Assembly (NCBI GenBank): GCA_951406725.2
Contig: OX597833.1
Span: forward strand, 11,966,001-12,030,000
DNA from: Octopus vulgaris
Lineage: Eukaryota
Length of the DNA: 64,000 nucleotides
Reading direction: 5' to 3'
Below the pieces are notes generated by a model, which saw only the letters and a list, made by a program, of their open reading frames with translations, did not search any database and had not been told where the DNA came from. Made by a program: the position numbers and the translations under genes. Within the stretch, counting starts at the first letter, position 1. The number at the start of each line of letters is the position of its first letter. Below are positions 54,475 to 64,000 of the stretch, piece after piece.

Positions 54475-54820
54475 ACGTATGTATGTATGTATGTATGTCT
54501 GTACGCATGTATGCATGTATATGAAGGCGCGTGGCCTTGTAGTCAGGCATGTTGTACACATGATCGTGAGATAGTGATTTTGATTGTCAGACCGATTTCA
54601 CGTTGTGTTCTTGAGCAAAACACTTCTTTTCACGTTGCTTTAGTGCACTCAGTTTCAAAGGGCCAATACTGCAATACACCAGTCGACCGATAAGGAAGAA
54701 TGTCGGCTTGCTCGCTTTATCAGCAAGGCGGCACCATTCAAAGTTAAAATGATGTGAAACGCAGTCTGGCCAGCGTTGTATACCAACATCCTATAGTCTG
54801 CTTGATGTTCATGATCACGC

Positions 54821-54896
<76 letters not shown>

Positions 54897-55069
54897 AAAT
54901 ATTAGGGAATAAATCCAAATTTACAGGAAAAAATCAGATTTAGGATTAAATCCAATTTTATAGTAAAATATTATATAATATTAATTCGAGACAAAACCAC
55001 TATTTTGCAAAACAAACAAGGAAAGACTTAATCAATACATAAAAATTTTAATATAAAGTAAATAAACCG

Positions 55070-55113
55070 CCACTACAATTGTTTCATGTCTTCAAATGAC
55101 ATTCGTCAGGTGG
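55070..55113 (-). ncRNA. Canonical minimal type I hammerhead ribozyme
   Basis: CCAC CTGACGA ATGTC-ATTTGAA-GACAT GAAA C-AATT-G TA GTGG. Confidence 0.85.
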
Positions 55114-55132
55114 ATTTCCGATCTTCGGAAAT

Positions 55133-55176
55133 CCACCTGACGAATGTCATTTGAAGACATGAAACGATTGTAGTGG
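55133..55176 (+). ncRNA. Canonical minimal type I hammerhead ribozyme
   Basis: CCAC CTGACGA ATGTC-ATTTGAA-GACAT GAAA C-GATT-G TA GTGG; predicted cut after A55172. Confidence 0.85.
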
Positions 55177-55949
55177 CGGTTTATTTATTTTATATTAAAA
55201 TTTTTATGCATTGATTAAGTCTTTCCTTGTTTGTTTTGCAAAATAGTGGTTTTGTCTCGAATTATATATATATATATATATATATATAGTCATGCATATA
55301 TATTTGTATGTACGTATATATATTTATATAATCATGCATATATATATATATTCATATACACACATATATATGTGTGTGTGTGTCTATGTGTATGTGTGTA
55401 TGCGTGTGTGCGTGTGTATGGGTGTGTGCGTATGTGTGTAAGCGTGTGTGTGCATGTGTGTGTGCGTGTGTGCGTGTGTATGGGTGTGTGCGTATGTGTG
55501 TAAGCGTGTGTGTGCATGTGTGTGTGTATGTGTGTGTACGCGTGTGTGTGTGTGAGTGTGTATTCAACATGATGTCTTGGTGGTAACCCGTGTTGAATTT
55601 ATGCTATTGAAAATCGCGAAGAAAATCGGAAACAGGTCGGAGTAATCTGAAATCGTAGCGATTTTATACCTCAAAATTTTCAGTATATCACATAGAAGTA
55701 TACTTTCGTTACGTAGCATGGTTTAAAAGAGTTTCTAAGACCCACAGGTTCTAAGAAGAATCTGAATCTACAAATATAAACTGCACAACAGCAGCTTCTT
55801 AGAGTAACACTCCAACGAACCTATATATTTTTTAAAATTGGTGCAAAACTTCTTAGATAAGTTTACCTTCTCAAGTAAACTCTCATCTAATATCTCGACG
55901 AGATCTTTGTTTACATATCTGTTATACACTCTTAAACTCGGGGAACTAT

Positions 55950-56205
55950 ACAAATCTGGATAGCTTTCACTATAGACAGAAACTGACTATATATGTTTTC
56001 AGGTGTAGTAAATGCTTATCGACCTTTTATCCCCGGGAATTTCCTACTTTTATATAGGTGAGACCTCGACAAACGTCAAACAGAGACTGGAAAACCGTTT
56101 AAATTAGTTTAAGGATAGAATTAAGAGTCACTGTACAAGTTTGAGCAAGTTCGTCTGGTTACTTTAGGATAAAATCGCTAGCTTGTATAGCAGGAGGGAA
56201 TAGAG
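55950..56205 (+). pseudogene. Penelope-like GIY-YIG endonuclease relic (resumes ~57770-57860 after the mariner)
   Basis: IYVFRCSKC...FYIGETSTNVKQRL...TSLSKFVWLL; LLNSRLEQAARCSH beyond the mariner. Confidence 0.72.
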
Positions 56206-56209
56206 TCTA

Positions 56210-57767
56210 TGAGGTATAGTCAAAAAGTATCCAACCTTTGGCCAAAAAACAAATAATGTAAAAAAAAAACTCACCATTTGATTTATTCTCCTTCAAAATA
56301 TTCGCCTCGGGAGTCTACACACTTCTGCCAGCCTTCCTGCCACTGCTAGAAACATTTCTGGGAATCACTTTTTGGGATGGTGTAGAACTGTGCCGTCGAA
56401 TTTTGCGTAATGTCCTCTTTTGACTCGAATCGTTTCCGTTTGAGTGTCTTTTAAGCTTTGAGAATACCCAAAAGTCACATGGAGACAAGTCTGAGGAGTA
56501 GGGAGCTGGACAAACAAGTTGTGTGTTTTGCTTGACGAGTAATGCTTGGACGACGTGGGCGGAATGAGCGGGTGCGGTGTCACGGTGGAGTTGCTAGTTC
56601 TTTGCTCTCCACACAGGTCGGGTCGTTTTTGCTGCACAACTTCACAAAGGTGACGAAGAACTCCCAGGTAGTAGTATTTGTTAATTGTTTGACATCTGTA
56701 GGTCATCAGGTCATCATCAGTTTAACATTGCTGCGCACCTGTCTTGCTTTCTTTGGTCTTGGCGAGACTGGATGCTTCCATTAGGATTATTGCAATTTTG
56801 TTTCAGGGTCATAGCCGTACACCCATGTTTCATTGCCAGTGAGAAAAGTGTTCATGAAGTTTTGATCTTGGTTAGCACACTCCAGCATGTCCTGGGAGAT
56901 TTCCTTTCTGTTTTCTTTCTGCTGGGCAGGCAGCAACTTTGGTACGAATCTGGCCGATATCCTCCTCATGCACAAATCTTCTGTTATAATTGATTGAACG
57001 GACGCATGGTTGGTTCCAACTTCGGCAACAATCTCTTCAATAGTCATACGGCAATCTTCATAGACTATTCCTCGAACTTTTGCAATCATTTTATCGTTTC
57101 TGTTAGTCGATGGTTTGCCACAACGTGGATCGCTGTCCACTGAGGAGCAGCCATCTTTGAACTGGCTGTACTTATTTCTTTACTACCCACAAGGGGCTAA
57201 ACACAGAGAGGACAAACAAGGACAGACAAACGGATTAAGTCGATTACATCGACCCCAGTGCGTAACTGGTACTTAATTTATCGATCCCGAAAGGATGAAA
57301 GGCAAAGTTGACCTCGGCAGAATTTGAACTCAGAACGTAATGGCAGACAAAATATGGCTACGCATTTCGCCCGGTGTGCTAACGTTTCTGCCAGCTCGCT
57401 GCCATCTTTGAACCGGCTGTACCGCCCCTTTATTTGTGCTTTTCCTATAGCATTATCTCGAAAGGCCTTCTGAATCTTCTCTGTAGTCTGGGCGTGCGCA
57501 TCACCAAGTCTTTGGCAGAATTTGATATAGTATCTTTGCTCAATGCGCTCTGTCATCTTGACTCAAAAAAGAAAAATCGCACAGCACACTGCATCTGCAC
57601 TCAATGCGTCACTGCAGGCGAATGGTGCAACCTACATATGCTAAAGTTTTCGTGCATGCTAAGGAATGACGCGGCCACTCATATAATATCCATGCGGATT
57701 TTGCTCACGCATTATTATTTTGTGCTCCCGCCAAAATCAATGTCGGGTACTTTTTAACTATACCACG
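56210..57767 (-). mobile_element. Degenerate mariner transposon
   Basis: Imperfect ~30-bp TIRs; EQRYYIKFC, ISARFVPKLL, TGNETWVYGYDPETK, PYSSDLSPCDFW. Confidence 0.88.
57172..57400 (-). mobile_element. SINE family B inside the mariner with ~20-bp TSD
   Basis: gccatctttgaac(t/c)ggctgtac at 57150-57171 and 57401-57422. Confidence 0.9.
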
Positions 57768-58249
57768 TCATAGCCATAGTAGAAATTTACCAGATTTTCA
57801 TTCGAACACCAATTGCTTAACAGTAGACTGGAACAGGCTGCGAGGTGTTCGCACCTGCATGGGAAAACACTTAAATACTTCTATGCAGGTACTGGACAGG
57901 AAAATTCGCTACAAATGGGAGGTGCCTGAATTTAAAGGGTAAATGTTGAGACAATATCTGTATCAACTTTCAACTGGTTTGATAATATCACCAGCTTAAA
58001 ATATCTTTTATGAATCTTAGCAAGACATATAGGACACATTAACTTCCATGTCATTTAAAACTCAGTTAACAAGTGCACCTTTCATATGGACATCTTAAGT
58101 ATACATGACAGAATTCTTTCAGTTAATTAAATTTAAAATAAATTTATTTTTATACAATTTCTTCTAATACAAATATGAAACTCCCATAAAGATAAAACGA
58201 TGAAAGAGAAATCAGGCCAGTTGAAAATATAAGAAAAATCCCTTATATA

Positions 58250-58888
58250 TAAAAACAAAGCCGATTACAAGTTTGCAAAAGTATTTCCGTCGAGACACTG
58301 CAGACCCCAGGAGGGTAAGCGAAATATACAATAAACAATTCGAAAGTATTTTCATTTTTCCACTGGGAAATATGCAAATTACCAACGTCGTTGAGTTTTT
58401 CAGCATCGCAGACACACATTGGGAAGAGATAACCATTTATTATATCGATATTAAAGATGAGGATATAATATCGGCCGTTGACGAGATGAACTCAAACTCG
58501 ACAGCAGTACGCCTAGGGGGTTTCCAATTATTCTTTTAAAGACATGAGAGAAAGATCTTGCAAAATCACAACGAATACTTTTCCAGAGCTTCTCCGTAAG
58601 TCGCAACTTCCTAAAATGCTAAAAGAAGGTGTCATATGCCCTATCCACAAAGGAGGAAGCAGAGAAATGCTAATAATTGCAGGTTTATCTTTCTATGTCC
58701 TCATATAGGCGCAGGAGTGGCTATATAGGCGTAGGAGTGGCTGTGTGGTAAGTAGCTTGCTAACCAACCACATGTTCCGGGTTCAGTCCCACTGCGTGGC
58801 ATCTTGGGCAAGTGTCTTCTCCTATAGCCCCGGGCCGACCAATGCCTTGTGAGTGGATTTGGTAGACGGAAACTGAAAGAAGCCTGTC

Positions 58889-58920
<32 letters not shown>

Positions 58921-59500
58921 ATGTTTGTGTGTCTCTGTTTGTCCCCGTAGCATTGCTTGACAACCGATGCTGGTGTGTTTATGTCCCCGCCACTTATCGG
59001 TTCGGCAAAAGAGACCGATAGAATAAGTACTGGGCTTACAAAGAATAAGTCCCGGGTTCGAGTTGCTCGATTAAAGGTGGTGCTCCAGCATGGCCGCAGT
59101 CAAATGACTGAAACAAGTAAAAGAGTAAAAAGAGTAAAGAGTAATAGCTCAACTCTTCAAATGTGGATGTGATACATTGCGTCTTTGCCAAAATCTTCGA
59201 AAAAGTTGACCATTGGATGGTACTGCATGATCTTGATACTGTTAGTAAATTATGGGAAACGGTTGCATGCCTTTATAAGAAACAGCTGTCAAGCAGTAGC
59301 AACCAATGGTGCTATCACTGGAAAGAAATCGATACTAAGCAGAGTCCGTCAGCAAACTGTACTGGGACAGCTACTGTTTATGATGGCTCTTCTAGGCATG
59401 CTTTCAGTGATATAGTTATACAGTCATCTACACTCACCAGCTTGTCTGATGATGCAAAACTTGTCGCAAGTAATTATGGATCCTGAAGATATCTCACTTC
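58250..59500 (+). mobile_element. Highly decayed CR1/L2-like RT relic interrupted by SINE A (58706-59143)
   Basis: ICPIHKGGSR, FAKIFEKVDH, VRQQTVLGQLLF, SDDAKL. Confidence 0.65.
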
Positions 59501-59728
59501 TGTCTAATTCATTGCTTCACCTGAACCGATTCCAGAGCCAGAAAGTGGAAATGAGCCTAAAATACACAAACGTTAGCGCTAATGTCGGTGCCCTACCATG
59601 GGAACAGTTTTAGTTTGAAATTGATAAGAGAATAGTAGAATTACACACATACACACACACATATACACACACATACACAAATATACATACAAACATACAT
59701 ATATATGTGTGTGTGTGTATGTGTACAT

Positions 59729-59932
59729 ATGTGACCGCGTGAGTACCGTTGGCGATTTTTTTCCCTCTGTCTTCCCTTCTCTGGATCTTTCCTTCTCCTA
59801 TGTTTCCGACGAAGAGCTCCGCTCGAAACGTAAAACCCTCCTTCTTCCCGTCCTTCCTGAGCGTCCAGTAATACTATATTTGTTCCACGTCCTCGCGTCG
59901 TTGTGTTTTTTTTTGTGCTTTCATGTTTGGAT

Positions 59933-59938
<6 letters not shown>
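59729..59938 (+). mobile_element. PLE-like remnant with U4C hammerhead-like motif (59802-59836)
   Basis: GTTT CCGACGA A GAGC-TCC-GCTC GAAA CG TA AAAC; ends at (TA)n. Confidence 0.65.
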
Positions 59939-59999
<61 letters not shown>

Positions 60000-60119
60000 G
60001 TGCACGCGAGCATACACTTGCACACGACCAAAGAAAGAAGCTCTCCAGTCGAAGAAGGTAAAATAGAAAGGAGGAACCAATCCAAAGAGGCAGTACTGGA
60101 GGGTTTCAAGTACCAACAA

Positions 60120-60465
60120 TTGAAAGATACCATCCATGATAATAACTGCAAAAAACTGTTGGGTTACTGCGCGGATCGTCTATAACAGATGTATTCATTC
60201 CCAGGATTCCCCTTAATCCCTCGGGAACAGACACATACCTTTCGATTTCAGAAGACTGCAATTCCCGCTCCGGCCCAGCTTTGCCATGTCTGTCAACAAG
60301 TCCCAGGGTCAGACTCTTTCTCTAGCCGGACTTCTCTTGGAAGAGCCTTGATTTTCCCATGGCTAGCTGTAAGTTGCATGCTCTAGAGTTGGCAGTAGAG
60401 ACAGACTGTTCGTATTAACACGTTGGGGGAAGACAAGAAACATTGTCTACAACGAAGTGCTACGT
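60120..60465 (+). pseudogene. Helitron helicase C-terminal relic
   Basis: PRIPLIP...FRRLQFPLRPSFAMSVNKSQGQTL...FSHG...VACSRV. Confidence 0.85.
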
Positions 60466-61175
60466 AATTGCCAAGGCTGAAGTGGGTACGCTATTGCCAT
60501 GCATGCATATAACAGGATACGCTCAGATACTTTTACTATTTGAGCGAACTCCGTTTCAAGCGGAAGCATCAGAAAAGGGCGCCTGCCTCTTGACATTCTG
60601 TGGGTTTATGGAAGGCGTTCGTGTGGTGTCCCTACGATGGCAAAGAGGTGGCGATTCGTTGCAGTTGCACGATAATAATGCGAAGAAACAATGTTGTCAA
60701 CCAGCTGCTACAAACGGACCAGCGGAAAGGCAGGTTAGGTATCGCATATTTGAGGACATTTCTGCTGCCTTTCTATAATGTCGATTACCCCAAGTATGTT
60801 TATTCATAACATTAAAGTGACCAATTCAACGGAAAGGATACCAATTGACAAAACGCATGGCGGCTACGCTTTGCATGAACCTCTTGAGGGCAACATTCCA
60901 ACTGTTGACCATTAACCTCCTTCAACTGGGAGCAAACTATCGCTCACATGGTCCTCCGCCCTTAAGAAACGCTGAAATTGTTCAACTCGTTCTCTATGGC
61001 TTCATTCGCAAGTGTATGGTTCTAATCTGCGCTGGGCTGAGGACTAAGGTGTTGCAATCTGAAGAGCATTGCGTGAACGCTGTAGCCGAGGTAGGGCTCA
61101 AAAAATTTCCTCAAGTGCAAGGCCTCATCTTTCTTCAGTTGAAACGTAATTTATTAAGTCCCGTGCAACGCCGAG

Positions 61176-61239
<64 letters not shown>

Positions 61240-61384
61240 ATAGTAATGCAATACGAAAGTATCGCTTTCCAGTAAAAGATAGCCCGTAAGGGTAAAATTA
61301 TACATATAAAAGTAAATAAATGGTACAATTTTCCAGTAAATATCGGTACTTCGTTGTACCATTTATTTACTTATATATATATAT

Positions 61385-62440
61385 TCTTGTTTTAGCTCAG
61401 AGCTGCGGCCATGCTGGTGCACCGCCGTTTTGTGCTACACTGTTATTACGAAGAACCTCCTCTAATTTGTGGCACTTGGTGAAGAATGGAGTTTGATACA
61501 GCTACTCTCATTTGCACCTCTTACCGTGAGGTAGGTTTATCTGGGACTCTCGACAGGAAGATGTCCAGCTTTGATTTAAAGACCGCTACATCTACTTTGT
61601 GCAACTTCCTCAGACTCTCTGGGAGAATATTAAAAAGCTGTGGGTCCTTGAAACCCAGGCTGTTGCAGAAGCTGGTCCTGAAGCGTGATGGTATTGGCGG
61701 CGAGCTGGCAGAAACGTTAGCATGCCGGGTGAAATGCTTAGCGGTATTTCGTCTGCGTTACGTTGTGAGTTCAAATTCCGCCGAGGTCGTCTTTGCCTTT
61801 CATCCTTTCGGGGTCGATAAATTAAGTACCAGTTATGCACTGGGGTCGATGTAATCGACTTAATACCTATGTCTGTCCTTGTTTGTCCCCTCTGTGTTTA
61901 GCCCCTTGTGGGTAATAAAGAAATAGGTATTGGTGGGGTCTTTGGCACTATGCAGTGTCGTCCCGTTCTAGCATTGGTGTAGCTTACAATGCCAAAATTT
62001 GGCACAATTCCTTCCAGGATCTTCCAGACATATATTACTGCATACCTCTCCCGTCTTCTCTCCAGGGAGTAGAGTCTTAGCTCTTTCAAACTTTCCCAGT
62101 AGCTGAGCTGTTGTAAAGGGACGATCTTCTTTGTGAATCTTCTCTGGATTGCTTCAAGGTCCGCTGTTAATTTTACACTGGTGGGTGACCATAGCTGTGA
62201 GCAGTAATCCAGGCGGCTGAGGACGAATGTCCGCCAGAGGACCATCATGGTTTCCTTATCTCTGGTTCTAAATGTTCTTAGGATCCATCCAGCCAGTCGT
62301 CTGCATTTTGTCGCCATCCTGGTAATGTGCACTTGGAAAGAGGCATCATCACTTATGTCGATACCCAGGTCCCTCACAGACTTAGGCTCTGGGATTGAAA
62401 TTCCCTGTGGACCGGTGTATCCTGTAAGTTTAATATTCAG
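61385..62440 (-). mobile_element. CR1-clade LINE 3' fragment with nested SINE B (61696-61927)
   Basis: RDLGI...RLDYCSQLWSP...LYSLERRRERY; 3' tail ggcggtgcaccagcatggccgcag. Confidence 0.88.
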
Positions 62441-63135
62441 TTAATATATATATAGCCACTTCACACAGTTTTTTCTCTCCTTGTTTTTTCTGTGTCCTTT
62501 TCTGTAGAAGCATATACGTTTTATTTATTATTTTGCACATTACTTAATCATCGTTATATGTTTTATCTTGTATTTAATCTTTCTATAATATGTAATTTTC
62601 TAGATGGTATAATTTAATTTTTCCTTATTGAATTGATAAAAGGTGTTTTTTTTCTAATTTATATATATATGTATGTATATATATATATGTATGCATGCAT
62701 GTATGTATATGTATGCATGTATGTATATGTATATATGTGTGTGTTGGGATCTTTTTATGCATCTTTCTGCAGACTTATTTCAAATTCTACTATAGACTAC
62801 TTGAGTGTAACCCTTAATCATCGCCGGCTCTTAACACCACAAACTGGCATTCTGTACGTATTTTGCACTTAGTGTGTCCCTTGCAAGTATTCGGGCTTGT
62901 TTGAAAACGTTTTCTTCCTCCTTCAACAGCATCTTCAGAGATCCAGGGAATGTGTAGTCAGTACAGTCTTACTCCATGACTAAAAGATAAACTAATAAAC
63001 GCATCCGCGAAGACGTGACTGTGTGATAACTAATATTACTTTTCAAATCAGGCCAAATGCAATCCCACTGCTTTGGTACCTTCGGCAAGTATCTTTTACT
63101 AAAGTCTCAAGCCGACTTTACCTTTCACGTGTTGC

Positions 63136-63225
<90 letters not shown>

Positions 63226-63285
63226 TTATCTATCTATCATATATTTATTAGTCTCTCTACCTACCAACCTATCTATTTTTCTATC

Positions 63286-63419
<134 letters not shown>

Positions 63420-63422
63420 TTT

Positions 63423-63464
<42 letters not shown>

Positions 63465-63465
<1 letters not shown>

Positions 63466-64000
63466 CGATTCCAACTGTCTGACAGGTACCGACTCGACCA
63501 CCCAAATGCACCAACGTGGACATGGAGCAACCGCAGTGGGTCGTCGAGATCGTATCTAGATAGGATACTGTGTAGGACAGTAGACAGGGATAACTTAGGA
63601 TGTCCACAATTCCACACAGTCAGCTACACGGATCACAAATTCGTGACGTGTACGCTAGACTTAGATAAGGCACATAGACAGGGTCCTGGTTACTGGAAAC
63701 TGAACGCATCTTTCCCATCCAGACAGGTTTTCAGAGACAGAATCAACACGTTAGTAAAAAGGGCTTTAACGGGAGCCATTGTCCACAACAAATGGTGGTT
63801 CGCCCTCAAGAGAGCAGTAAAAGCGGAAGCAATTAGATATAGCAAGGCACTAGCCGTAGATAGAAATAGAGTGGAGGGTGAGTTAGTTAAGAAGTTAGAA
63901 GAGGCAATAAGAAGCGGCATCACATCCGACGTTTTAGCGGCGAGGTTGACCCTTGACCAACACTTCAACGCCAAACACGAAGGGTGTGCTGTCAGGGCTA
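63465..64000 (+). mobile_element. Tx1/L1-clade LINE ORF2 (APE endonuclease C-terminal part), open to the window end
   Basis: TWTWSN..SRSYLDRIL...SYTDHKFV...GPGYWKLN in one frame; starts in a (TATC)n tract. Confidence 0.85.

Larger units (their letters stand above)
54895..55263. mobile_element. Palindromic PLE-like remnant with hammerheads on both strands
   Basis: Arms ~54982-55121/55125-55264 around ccga-tct-tcgg; related ends at 35670-35870 and 41058-41260. Confidence 0.75.

Overview
Eukaryotic, very AT-rich, repeat-saturated genomic DNA. The SINE families and microsatellite load resemble an octopus/cephalopod genome (inference). There are no prokaryotic features, and almost all ORFs in the supplied track are artefacts of (TA)n/(TACA)n/(TATC)n tracts or SINEs. 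Contents: a 38-bp satellite (2.3-4.8 kb); many tRNA-derived SINEs of at least 4 families; a near-intact IR/DR Tc1 (DD34E) transposon; mariner relics; Helitron helicase relics and non-autonomous Helitrons; CR1, RTE, R4/Dong-like and Tx1/L1 LINE fragments; an ORF1-only retroelement with a 16-bp TSD; a recent ~5.4-kb tandem duplication; an older inverted duplication; and a candidate 4-exon gene 3' end on the minus strand. The most striking signal is a dispersed set of short, often palindromic Penelope-like (PLE) remnants beside (TA)n tracts, two with GIY-YIG coding relics. They carry minimal type I hammerhead ribozyme folds. Across families the catalytic core shows all four Watson-Crick combinations at the tertiary 3:8 pair (C3:G8, U3:A8, G3:C8, A3:U8), plus other recurrent core variants. 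Folds were read by eye; activity is untested.
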